From assembly GCF_009914755.1 (NCBI RefSeq), contig NC_060934.1: a stretch of DNA of 64,000 bases, one strand, 5' to 3'. Below are positions 13,608-30,536 of this stretch, piece after piece. The position numbers were made by a program, and so were the translations under genes. Origin of the DNA: the human T2T-CHM13v2.0 reference genome, Homo sapiens. The stretch's first letter is position 1, and each line of letters begins with the position of its first letter. Below the pieces are notes generated by a model. It was not told where the DNA came from and ran no database searches. It saw only the letters and a program-made list of their open reading frames with translations.

Positions 13608-14190
13608 TGCCCAGGTTTGCTTAGGTAAACAAAGCAGCTGGGAAGCTCGAACTGGGTGGAGCCCACCACAGCTCAAGGAGGCCTGCCTGCCTCTGTAGGC
13701 TCCACCTCTGCGGGCAGGGCACAGACAAACAAAAAGATAGCAGTAACCTCTGCAGACTTAAATGTCCCTGTCTGACAGCTTTGAAGAGAACAGTGGTTCT
13801 CTCAGCATGCAGCTGGAGATCTGAGAACAGGCAGACTGCCTCCTCAAGTGGGTCCCTGACCCCTGACCCCTTAGCAGGCTAACTGGGAGGCAACCCCCAG
13901 TAGGAGCAGACTGACACCTCACATGGCTGGGTACTCCTCTGAGACAAGACTTCCAGAGGAATGATCAGACAGCAGCATTCGCGGTTCACAAAAATCCACT
14001 GTTCTACAACCACCACTGCTGATACCCAGGCAAACAGTGTCTGAAGTGGACCTCTAGCAAACTCCAACAGACCTGCAGCTGAGGGTCCTGTCTGTTAGAA
14101 GGAAAACTAACAAACAGAAAGGACATCCACACCAAAAACCCATCTGTACATCACCATCATCAAAGACCAAAAGTAGATAAAACCACAAAG

Positions 14191-15207
14191 ATGGGGAAAA
14201 AACAGAGCAGAAAAACTGGAAACTCTAAAAAGCAGAGTGCCTCTCCTCCTCCAAAGGAACGCAGCTCCTCACCAGCAACTGAACAAAGCTGGATGGAGAA
14301 TGACTTTGACAAGTTGAGAGAAGAAGGCTTCAGATAATCAAACTACTCCGAGCTGCAGGAGGAAATTCAAACCAAAGGCAAAGAAGTTGAAAACTTTGAA
14401 AAAAATTTAGACGAATGTATAACTAGAATAACCAATACAGACAAGTGCTTAAAGGAGCTGATAGAGCTGAAAGCCAAGGCTTGAGAACCACCTGAAGAAT
14501 GCAGAAGCCTCAGGAGCCGATGCGATCAACTGGAAGAAAGGGTATCAGTGATGGAAGATGAAATGAATGAAATGAAGTGAGAAGGGAAGTTTAGAGAAAA
14601 AAGAATAAAAAGAAATGAACAAAGCCTCCAAGAAATATGGGACTATGTGAAAAGACCAAATATATGTCTGATTGGTGTACCCGAAAGTGACGGGGAGAAT
14701 GGAACCAAGTTGGAAAACACTCTGCAGGATATTATCCAGGAGAACTTCCCCAATCTAGCAAGACAGGCCAACATTCAAATTCAGGAAATACAGAGAATGC
14801 CACAAAGATACTCCTCGAGAAGAGCAACTCCAAGACACATAATTCTCAGATTCACCAAAATTGAAATAAAGGAAAAAATGTTAAGGGCAGCCAGAGAGAA
14901 AGGTCGGGTTACCCACAAAGGGAAGCCCATCAGACTAACAGCAGATCTCTCGGCAGAAACTCTACAAGCCAGAAGAGAGTGGGGGCCAATATTCAACATT
15001 CTTAAAGAAAAGAATTTTCAACCCAGAATTTCATATACAGCCAAACTAAGCTTCATAAGTGAAGGAGAAATAAAATACTTTATAGAGAAGCAAATGCTGA
15101 GAGATTTTGTCACCATCAGGCCTGCCCTAAAAGAGCTCCTGAAGGAAACACTAAACATGGAAAGGAACAACTGGTACCAGCCACTGCAAAATCATGCCAA
15201 ATTGTAA
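14191..15207 (+). pseudogene. L1 ORF1p, disrupted
   Basis: MGKKQSRKTGNSKKQS start, with in-frame stops at 14335, 14482 and 14578. Confidence 0.93.
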
Positions 15208-15255
15208 AGACCATCGAGGCCAGGAAGAAACTGCATCAACTAACGAGCAAAATAA

Positions 15256-19096
<3,841 letters not shown>

Positions 19097-19316
19097 ACAA
19101 TGAGAACACATGGACAGAGGAAGGGGAACATCACACTCTGGGGACTGTTGTGGGGTGGGGGGAGTGGGGAGGGATAGCTTTAGGAGATATACCTAATGCT
19201 AAATGACGAGTTAATGGGTGCAGCACACCAGCATGGCACAGGTATACATATGTAACTAACCTGCACATTGTGCACATGTACCCTAAAACTTAAAGTATAA
19301 TAATAATAAAAAAAAA

Positions 19317-19676
19317 TTCTCTTATTAAGAGTGCAGTTGAGATATTAGGAGCCATTTTCATCTATTTTTTGTGTCAACTGTCTGTTCATATCTCTAACAT
19401 TTAAAAATAAAACAGTGCTATCGGCTTTTTTTAACCTCAAATTTTAAATGCTGTGTATAAAACAGGGCTATTTTAACGTTTTGTATCCTACATTGCATTT
19501 TTTTTCTAGTTTGTCATTTATCTTTTAATTTTGCTTATGGTGATATTTTGAAATGCAATATTTTTAAATTTTTCTTAATCAAATTTATCAATATTTTCCT
19601 TTGTTGCTTTTGGATTTTGAATTGTAACAAGAAAAGTTTTTCCCACATCCAGGGTATAAAGTAATTTACCTATGTT

Positions 19677-19709
<33 letters not shown>
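19317..19709 (+). other. L1-mediated 3' transduction (~364 bp) plus second poly(A) tail
   Basis: Non-L1PA sequence between the L1 A-tail (to 19316) and an A29 run (19681-19709), inside the TSD pair. TATAAA at 19655-19660 lies 20 nt before the tail. Confidence 0.88.
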
Positions 19710-19711
<2 letters not shown>

Positions 19712-19836
19712 AAAAATGTTAAGGGCAGCCAGAGAGAAAGGTCAGGTGACCCACAAAGGGAAGCCCATGAGGCTAACAGCGAAGCTCTCTGCAGAAACCC
19801 AACAAGCCAGAGTGGGGGCCAATATTCAACATTCTT

Positions 19837-19880
19837 TTAAATTTTATTATTATTATACTTTAAGTTTTAATGTACATGTG
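19837..19880 (-). mobile_element. Ultra-short (~44 bp) antisense L1PA 3'-end stub
   Basis: Reverse complement reads cacatgtacattaaaacttaaagtataataataataaaa. Flanked by cattctt (19830-19836) and cattctc (19881-19887) at a TCTT/AA endonuclease site. Confidence 0.8.
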
Positions 19881-22562
19881 CATTCTCAAAGAAAAGAATT
19901 TTCAACCTAGAATTTCATATCCAGCCAAACTAAGATTCAGAAGTAAAGGAGAAATAAAACCTGTTACAGACAAGAAAATGCTGAGAAATTTTGTCACCAC
20001 TAGGCCTGCCCTACAAGAGCTCCTGAAGGAAGCTCTAAATATGGAAAGGAAAAACAGGTACTAGCCACAGCAAAAACATACCAAATTGTAAAGACCATCG
20101 ACACTATGAAGAAGCTGCATCAACTAACGGGCAAAATAACCAGCTAACATCATAATGACATGATCAAATTCACACATAACAATTTTAACCTTAAATGTAA
20201 ATAGGTCAAATGCCCCCACCTAAAAGATACAGACTGGCAAATTGGATAAAGAGTCAAGACCCATCAGCATGCTGTATTCAGGAGACCCATCTCACGTGCA
20301 AAGACACATACAGGCTCAAAATAAAGGGATGAAGGAATATTTAACAAGCAAATGGAAAGCGAAAAAAAGCAGGAGTTGCAATCCTGGTCTCTGATAAAGG
20401 AGACTTTAAACCAATAAAGATCAAAAGAGACAAATAAGGGCATTATATAATGGTAAAGGGATCAAGGCAACAAGAAGAGCTAACTATCCTAAATATATAT
20501 GCACCCAATACAAGAGCACCCAGATTCATAAAGCAAGTTCTTAGAGATCTGCAAACAGATTTAGGCTTCCACACAATAATAGTGGGAGACATACACAAGT
20601 CAATAAACATAATCCATCACATAAACAGAACCAATGACAAAAACCACATGATTATCTCAATAGATGAAGAAAAGGCCTTTGATAAAATTCAACATCCCTT
20701 CATGCTAAAAACTCTCAATAAATTAGGTATTGATGGGACGTATCTCAAAATATAAGAGCTATTGATGACAAACCCACAGCCAATATCATACTGAATGGGC
20801 AAAAGCTGGAAACATTCCCCTTGAAAACCAGTGCAAGACAAGGATGCCCTCTCTCACCACTCCTATTCAACATAGTATTAGAAGTTCTGGCCAGGCCAAT
20901 CAGGCAAGAGAAAGAAATAAAGTCATTCAAATAGGAAGAGAGGAAGTCAAATTGTCTCTATTTGCAGATGGCATGATTGTATATTTAGAAAACCCCAGTG
21001 TCTCAGCCCAAAGTCTCCTTAAACTACTAAGCAACTTCAGCAAAGTCTCAAGATATAAAATCGAAGTGCAAAAATCAGAAGCATTCCTATACACCAATAA
21101 TAGACAAACAGAAAGCCAAATCATGAGTGAACTCTCATTCACAATTGCTACAAAGAGAATAAAATACCTAGGAATCCAACTTACAAGGGATGTGAAGGAC
21201 CTCTTCAACGAGAACTACAAACCACTGCCAAAGGAAATAAGAGAGGACACAAACAAATGCAAAAAACTTCCATGCTCATGGATAGGAAGAATCAATATCT
21301 TGAAAATGGCCATACATCCCAAAGTAATTTATAGATTCAATGCTCTCCCAATCAAGCTACCATTGACTTTCTCCACAGAATTAGAAGAGACTACATTAAA
21401 TTTCACATGGAACCAAAAAGGAGCCTGCATTGCCAAGGCATTCCTAAGCAAAAAGAACAAAGCTGGAGGCATCATGCCACCTGACTTCAAACTATACTAC
21501 AAGGCTACAGTAACCAAAACAGCATGGTACTGGTACCAAAACAGAGATATAGACAAATGGAAGAGAACAGAGGCCTCAGAAATAACTCCACATATCTACA
21601 ACCATCTGATCTTTGACAAACCTGACAAAAACAAGCAATGGGGAAATGATTCCCTATTTAATAAATGGTGTTGGGAAAACTGGCTAGCCATATGCAGAAA
21701 ACTGAAGCAGGACCCCTTCCATACACCTTATACAAAAATTAACTCAAGATGGATTAAAGACTTAAACGTAAGACCTAAAACTATAAAAACCCCAGAAGAA
21801 AACCTAGACAATATCATTCAGGACATAGGCATGGGCAGAGACTTCGTGATGAAAACACTAAAAGCAAAGGCAAGAAAAGCCAAAATTGACATGGGATCTA
21901 ATTAAACTAAAGAGCTTCTACACAGCAAAAGAAACTCTAATCAGAGTGAACAGGCAACCTACAGAATGGGAGAAAAATTTTGCAATCTATCCATCTGACA
22001 AAGGGCTAATATCCAAAATCTACAAGGAACTTAAACATATTTACAAGAAAAAATAACCCCATCAAAAAGTGGGCAAAGGATATGAACAGACACTTCTCAA
22101 AAGAAGATATTTATGCAGTCAACAAACATATGAAAAAAAGCTCATCATCACTGGTCATTAGAGGAATGCAGATCAAAACCACAATGAGATACTATCTCAC
22201 ACCAGTTAGAATGGCGATCATTAAAAAGTCAGGAAACAACAGGTGCTGGGGAGAATGTGGAGAAATAGTAACACTTTTACACTGTTTGTGGGAGTGTAAA
22301 TTAGCTCGACCATTGTGGAAGACAGTGTGGCAATTCCTCAAGGATCTAGAACCAGAAATACCATTTGACCCAGCAATCCCATTACTGGGTATATACCCAA
22401 AGCATTATAAATCAGTCTACTATAAAGATACATGCACTTGTATGTTTATTGCAGCACTATTTAGAATAGCAAAGACTTGAAGCCAACACAAATGCCCATC
22501 AATGATTGATTAGATAAGTAAAATGTGGCACATATACACCATGGAATACTATGCAGCCATAA

Positions 22563-22884
<322 letters not shown>

Positions 22885-24619
22885 GAGTTCATGTCCTTTG
22901 CAGGGACATGGATGAAGCTGGAAGCCATCATTCTCAGCAAACTATCACAAGCACAGAAAACCAAACACCGCATGTTCTCAGTCATAAGTGGGAGTTGAAC
23001 AATGAGGACACATGGACACAGGGAGGGAAACGTCACACACTGGAGCCTGTCAGGGGGTAGGTGGGTATTTTTATTCAATTTGCATTAGGAGAAATACCTA
23101 ATGTAGATGACAGGTTGATGGGTGCAGCAAACCACTGTGGCATGTGTATACCTATGTAACAAACTTGCATGTTCTGCACATGTATCACAGAACTTAAAGT
23201 ATACTAAAAAATAAATAAATATTAAAGTTTGTGTTAAGGCTGGAATTCAAGCTAGTGTTGAAATGCAAAAATTGGCCTAAAATCTCTTACTGTTGGCTTT
23301 TTGTCTAAGCAGAGGGCCTATCTCATGAAAATTGTAGAGAATACATTTCACCTGGAGAAATGCTGATTTAATCAATGTGACGTTTAACCGAAAACACGGG
23401 CATGTAAGGATCCAAAGCCTCAGCCTACACATAAACTGCAGTTACCCTGGAGGATATCCAGTGATGTGCCTAAGTAAGACTGTCAGGAAAGGGCCATGGA
23501 GGAATTCACAGGGAAATGAAATGATTAGGAAGAGAGTGTGAAATAACCCTCACCCCTCAGGTGTGTGTGTACCCGCAAGTGGAGCCAAAAGGGAGTGGGA
23601 GGTCTGGGTCCTAGTGCAAGGATTGAATGTGAGCTCAGGTTTCCCTGAAGTTTGGTGGGGAGGCATCTGCAGCAGAAGCCTGCAATGCAGGCTGGGCTGA
23701 GAGCTGGAGCCTGTGTGTTGCTGGGGAAGATAGAAGGGTAAAGATTTTACAGGAAGTAGGGGCCTGGAGACCATATATCTCCACTGGCTGGGCTCTCCAT
23801 GCTCTGCCGCACACCCCTAACCCACCCGCCCACCACAGTGGCCTGCACCTGGGCCTGCCAGGAGGTCGTAGGCTCCCCCATGGAGGAGGGAGGGCTCTGC
23901 TGCTCCCAGGCTCTGGGGATGCTCAGGGCTGCCACTGTGACAGGGCTTCCGCCAGCTCCTGTTCCCCTCTGTGAAAAAGCTCTGCTCGTGGCTCCTGTCC
24001 CTGCATCCATGCTCCCTGAGGCTGGCCATGACTCACCTCCATGTCTGTGGTGTCTCAAAAGGGCATACTCAATGCCATCTGCAGCTAAATTACAATGGAG
24101 TGGTTTCATAGACCCTTGGCCTCCAAGGACCAAGATTTCAGACAGCTGTGCCCTGGTAATCACTCATATGATTAATAAAGCAGGCAGCTTTTATGCCTGT
24201 CTTTTTTTTTTATTAATTTTTTGCATTGCTTAATCTTTGTGGTAATAAGTCTTACAAAAATAATCAAAATATTATAAAGACAAATGTGAATCATTCACCC
24301 AAGTGGCTTATCTTCTCTCGTTAACCCATTACCTCCCCCTCAGTTTTGCTCTCTCCCCATTGAAGCATATTTATTTACTTCGTCAGGAAAGGGACGTGAT
24401 GAGGCAGGTGAAGACTATAGAATGGTCCTTCTGGGCTTGATCACAGGCCTGATGGAAACAGCTGAGCAGTGCTGAACAGCAATGCCTGTATGAATCATAT
24501 GAGTAGCAGCAGAAGTGAGACACATGCCATTACAGCACCTGGGGAGGTGAACGTCCTCTCTGATCCTGCCATGCCCTTTCCCAGCTCCCAAAACCACCAT
24601 CTGCATTTAAGATGCACTT

Positions 24620-25050
24620 TTTCCAATTGCATAACTATGCATGTACTATGTTTTATGCAGATCATGTTCACTATATATGCTGCATGGAAATTTAGTTTTT
24701 CACTTAAGATCCAACTGGCATCTTTCCATTGTAATTTGTATAATTGATCCATCTTAGTCTTTTCAATGGCAGCGTATTATTGCATAGATTATGCCATATG
24801 ATGCCAGTGCTCTGTTGTGGCATAATTTGTTGAATGAGTTCCCTGTCAATGAAAAGCTGGGTTTTTGCAAACAAGACTGTGACATATTTCGTGTATATTC
24901 ATCTTTATATACCCCAAACATATTTCTGTATTATTATTCATAAACCGTGGTGAAAGATTGAGTATATTTTATTTTAACAGATTTGATGACATCTTCCACC
25001 ATAAAGTTTGTGCCAGTTTATAGCCCCACTCACAGTATGTAAGAGGATTT
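24620..25050 (-). mobile_element. Old L1 (L1ME-like) fragment
   Basis: T-rich, with degenerate antisense L1M motifs such as 'gtgccagtttatagccccactcacagtatgtaagag'. Confidence 0.5.
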
Positions 25051-27084
25051 CACACTGGCCTTTTCAGAAGTTCAGGAATCCAATGTCAAGACTCAGGAAC
25101 TTGTCCAGATGAGGCCATCAAGATACAGGGACTCTCATATAATGGAGGATTTTCCTTAGAGAATTTCAGGATTTCAGGACTGAACAGAGACTGAGAAGGG
25201 TAAAGGGTGGTAGGATTGAGCGAGTCAGGCCAGAAACCTCTAGTTAGCTACCATGACAGAAGGGAAACATGCATTCAACTTATTTAATTAAACCAAGCTG
25301 TGTCATTTTCTTGGCATCCTTTGCTTCCTTTTTATAAGGAAACTTTGGGGAAGGTAGCATTCATGCTGTCCCTTCAGGGAAGCTGATATCTCACCCAGGA
25401 ACTGGGAGTGGATTTTCCTTTGGCCCCTTGATAGTGGATTTACCCACCAAATGCTTGTATTTTTGTAACCGTTTTTTAATTTCATTGTACGCACGCTAAA
25501 GAGGTGTTTGACTTTTTTCACATGTCTTTTATTAAAATGATTTCTGGAAAACATACTGAGCTGTGGATTTTGGAACCAATAGGAGTGGAATGCTGCCTGC
25601 CTCATAAAAACATAACCAAAAGCATGTTGAGCAAAATGGCAGGGCTTCCAAGGGCTGGCAAAGTACATCCTTGGAGAAGGTCCTGGGATCGTTCTATTGG
25701 ACAACACAGCATTGGTTAAGCAACAGCAAAACTGTGTATTTTCTCAAGCCCAAATGCCAGCAGACTCCTTGAAAATTCTTTTTTGTGTGCTTGCTGCCCC
25801 TCCCAAGAACCTAGCAGCAGAAACCCTAAAGCTTTGCAGTTTGTGCTTTGTACCTGCTACCTGGACTTGGAGAGCATTTGTTTCTCTATTTCCTTCCACG
25901 AGCATCTGTCCATGATCAATAGGTACAGCTAAATGCAACCGAGGAGCCGAGGTCAGGAGGACAGTGAAACCCCAGGGCTCTCCCACACTGCTGGCAGACA
26001 CAGCACCTCAGCTGAGGCCCAGGCATACTGCCGGGATCCCTGCTTGGCTGGGGTATGAGGTTCCTTGACTGGTTCTCTGGATCTAAGTCAAGTAATCTAA
26101 AACATGGCACCTCTTCTCACAGTGTGTGCCAGGGCCACGTCTGCCACGCAAGCTGACGGCAAGGTGACCACGTGGCATCTGTGTGAGACAGGGGAAACTT
26201 TGGAGTAGCAGGGCTAAACATCTGGAAAGGAGGGAAAGCCAGGTGGAATGGGGAGGGAGGTGGGAGGAGAACGGGACAGGAAGGAAAGATGGAAGCGGTC
26301 AACAGCGCGGCATGCTGCCAACAGGAGACAGGAAGAGAGAAAAGCGCCTCACTGGGCTTAGCAATTAGGAGGTTACTCAGATTTTGCCAGTAGTGGCCTC
26401 AGCCTCATGGTCAAAGCAGGAGTCAGAGCTGTCCCTGCTGCAGCTCACTCCTCTATGGTTCTAATGGCCCTTCTTCCTCTCCACCCGGCAGAGACCTCTC
26501 AGAAACGACACTTGTCTCCAGAACAGCCTGGTTTGTCAGACACGAGGAGCCCCTGAGGACAAGGGTGCTGGGGACCCAGGCTTGCCTTTCTAGGCGGCTG
26601 GGGTGGGTAGAGGGTGGGGAGGTGCTCTGGGTCCTCTGCCCACAGCAGGACTGTGGATGGAATGGTCAGTGAAGAGGTGAGGCTGGAATTTCAGGCAGGG
26701 CCCAGCAACGCACAGCCCACGCCATTTGGCAGCCTCCTGCCTTGGGATGTGGGGACCACCTATGCTCTGTTCCCTTCTCTCTCACATCCTTCTTCCACCA
26801 CCCTCTGGTCTTTCTGCCAGAGAGGAGCCCACCCTCCCCTGTCAATTTTGAAACTCAGTCCAGAAACTCAGGTAGAGAGCAGCACCCAGCCTGCGTGCTG
26901 CCCAAACACAGAGCCCTGCCCTGAGGACACATGAGGACACAGCCCAGCCAGAAGGAGGTGGAGCCGAGGCCTGCCAGCACCTGCAGGCCCCAACCATCCT
27001 GAGGCTCCAAGGGTCCTGGAAGACAAGCTGGAAGCTGAGGACATTTGAGTTCATCTTCTGAGGGCCTCAGAGAGGAAAATACTA

Positions 27085-27280
27085 ACAATCACTAAATTAA
27101 TAGTCTGACTACGCACCTGGCCATAAACTCTTGGTATGCATTACAAAGTTACACCTCACAATAGATAACTATCCTATTTTGCCAACTTGACAGATGAGGA
27201 AACTGAGAAACAAGAACAAAAGTGAGGTCTTCCAGCCAGTAAGTGGCTGGGTCTGTATTCTTAAGAATTTCACTCTATTG
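27085..27280 (-). mobile_element. MIR SINE
   Basis: 'acagatgaggaaactgag' core. Confidence 0.7.
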
Positions 27281-28139
27281 AAAACCATGGAGATAGGGGA
27301 GTCTTTGGAGTCAAACAGAAATGAATCTTTGCCTGGATTCCACAATTTACTGTATGTATTGTGACATATAGATATATATACACATACACATGCTATGCAT
27401 GCTCTATATAACATGAAATGTAAAGATATAGATGTATTCTAAAATGCATATAATTTCCACATGTAAATCACACATCTTAAATCTTTCCCACCTCTTCTTC
27501 ACCTGTACTTGTAGTGTGAGTCCTTGCAGGTGTAGTATGTGTATGTTGAAAACAGGGGAGAGCTCAAAGCCCTGCCTCCCCATCTATGCCACACTGCAAT
27601 GTGGGGAATGCATCTGCCACCCAAAGGACAGCTGGCAGGAGAAATGTCTGCAGGCCTCACATGCTGCTCAAATGCAGGTGACACAGACTGGCTTTGCTCC
27701 CAGCTTTCCCCCATCTCTCAGACAAAGGAGAAGCAGACAAGAGACATTAGACATGTTGATATAATCAAGTCACTTTTCAAGCAAGCCCAGCTTTCTTTTA
27801 CTTTGCCAGCACCAGCTTGTGTCTTAGAGGAGCTGACACCCAACAGCAAACTAAAATAAACTCCCTAAGTCAGCCATGTCGCTTCTCAGGACTATAGGCA
27901 GGTGGGAAGTCTGCCATGTCATCCCACTGGGCCATATCTGTTATCAGTGCCACACCTCCCGCCGTCCTGTGGGGAGCCCTGGCCTTGTGTGGCCACCTTC
28001 AAGCCTTCTTTCTTTACACATGGCCCTCCCCATGCTGCTGGCCCTCCCAGGTTCCTGTGGAGGTCTGTCTTCCTGGCGGCTTTGATGGTAGAGCTCTCTG
28101 CAAAGCTGCCTTGACAGTGATAACGCAGTGTCTCTAAAA

Positions 28140-29080
28140 ATGAAGAAAAAAATAAGATCGCTTAGATTAAAGGAGTCCACTGAATGCTCAGCTTTAAAGA
28201 AATATTTGATCAGTCTCATGACATCAAAATTGTAAAGTCTTATATGACAAAAGCAATAAAAAAGCAAATAATTGCAAACTGGACAAGAGATAAGAGTAGA
28301 GCATTCACAGAAAAGGGAATCCAGATTGACAACAAACATGAAAAGACACAATCTCCCTGCAAACCAAGGAAATGCAAATTATAACAGCAAGGCCAGACTG
28401 CTGTTCTGCCCATGAGACTTATAGAAATTAAAAAGAAATTGGCAGTGGCAAGGATACAATTGGTGAGAGTATCAATTGGCAAGACCTTTTGAAGACAAAT
28501 TTGGCATTATCAGTTAAATTTAGGTGCACATTTCTTAATTCTGACATTTTAAATTCTAGGTGGCCATTTTAGAGAAACACTACATACCTGCTCAAAGAGA
28601 CATGCATGAAATATCATTTAAGGTAGAATAAAAAGGAAGTGCTCCGAATGTTCACCAACATTTGCAACATTTGGCAGTTCACCAACAGAGATGGCTGCAG
28701 ATGGAATTGGGGTGTATTTGCACTGCAGTGCAGCCATTTAAGATGATTGGGTACCTCTCTATGTTCTGATCTGGAAATATCTCTATGGCATAGGTGAAAA
28801 AAGGAATTTGATGACAATGTGTGATACAATGCTAAATATGTTAAGATGTTTAACATAATATGTTATGTTAATATGTTAAATATGTTAACTACTAATTTTT
28901 ACGTGTAAAAATGTATATAAAAGGTCAGACATCAAACTGATAACCTTTGAAGATACAGCTACAATTAGAACGGGGGACAGTAGTAGCCAAGGGAACTTTT
29001 ACTTTATGTGTAATTTAGAATAGTTCAAAATTAATATGTCCCAAAATGGTATATTCATGTATTTATATTCAGTATTGCTT
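28140..29080 (+). mobile_element. Old L1 (L1ME-like) ORF2 3'/3'UTR fragment
   Basis: A-rich, 'gcattcacagaaaagggaatccagattgacaacaaacatgaaaag', 'ggaaatgcaaatt'. Confidence 0.55.
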
Positions 29081-29821
29081 TTTTAAATGATGGAAATCAG
29101 GAGAGGAAAAGTCAGAGACAGCAGGACAGGTCTGGGAGAGCTGCTCTGTTTGTTTCCAGGAGCAGGGCTAAGCCCGGCCCTCTGAAGGTGCTCCACGAGG
29201 TGGGGCTGCACACTCCAGCTCCCAGTCCATCTCAGGCATGCCGCAGTGTGTCCACGCTGCAGCTCCCCTGCTGCACCAGCAACAGAGGTGCAGGCCACCA
29301 GCATCATCTTCTGTGCCCCTTGAAAGAATGTAGCACCCCTGGAGCCAATCCTGGAGGGCATCCAGGGGCCTCCTTCCCTTTTACTGTGTCCCTAAAATGG
29401 ACATGCTGGTCTGTCTCCAGTGCCCCTCAACCTGCTAAGACCAGATTCCTGAAGGCTTGAAGTTCTTGAGAGGGAAGCACAGCATAGAACAAACAAGCCA
29501 AACAACACTGAAGACTGAGTGTCTGCAAGGAATTCCTTTCACCTGAGCCTCAGCTGGGGCACGCCTGTGGACTCCTGGTCACTTTCTGCCCTCCTATCAC
29601 CCAGGGAGAAGGTGAGTCCTTGGACACCTCCCTCCTGCACTGCATCTCCACCCCCACACAATCATTCCCTAGTCCTGTCCCCTGAGGCCACCCTTTGTGT
29701 CTTGCATCTGCCATCTTGGCAACAATTGACAGGAAGAAATTCCACTATCATTAGGAAATAAATGAGTGTATCCTGAACTGACAAGATCTGGTTGTAGGAC
29801 TGTGACATTGTGAAAAATATA

Positions 29822-30189
29822 CAGCCATGTACTGCCTGGGATGTTTCAGTCAATTATGGACTGCGTATAAAACAGTGGTCCCATAGGATTATTGCCCTAT
29901 ACAGGTATACATTTTCAATCTTTTATACAGTGTTTTTACTGTACCTTTTCTATGTTTAGATACACAAATATCACTGTGTTACAATTGCTGACAGTATTCA
30001 GTACAGTAGGATGCTGCACTGGTTTGTAGCCTAGGAGCAATAGGCCGTCACACATAGTGTAGGTGTGTAGTAGTCTATATCATCTAGGTTTGTGTAAGTA
30101 TACTCTGATATTCAAACAACAATGAAATTACCTGCACCAAAGAACATATTTGTCAGAAAGTAACCAATAGTTCAGCAACCATTTTATTG
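29822..30189 (+). mobile_element. Tigger3a-like TcMar DNA transposon inserted at TA in MER21
   Basis: 'ta|cagccatg...tttttactgtaccttttctatgtttagatacacaaata...ggtttgtagcctaggagcaatagg'. Confidence 0.85.
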
Positions 30190-30536
30190 TTTTCCCCTTT
30201 TCCTGGCTTACAACTTCTTAAGTCCTCGGAATCTTCCAAAACGTTGAGTGTCTTTTTATGCTAATGAGTAGGCTGATGTCTGGCAGCCCCCAGGTAGCTT
30301 CAGGATGGGATGCTGGTCAGCAGAAATACCCAGGCATGATTTGAGGGTTGGGAATTTCCCCTCCATCCCCCAACCTCCAGGGATGGGAGAAGGGCTGAAG
30401 TTAAGTTGATCACCAATGGCCAATGACCTAATCAAGCATGCCTACATAATGAAGATTCCATAAAAACCCAAAGGGCTGGATCTGCAGAGCTTCCAAACAT
30501 CCAAACCTGCGGAGTTTCCTGAAAGATGGTGTGCTC

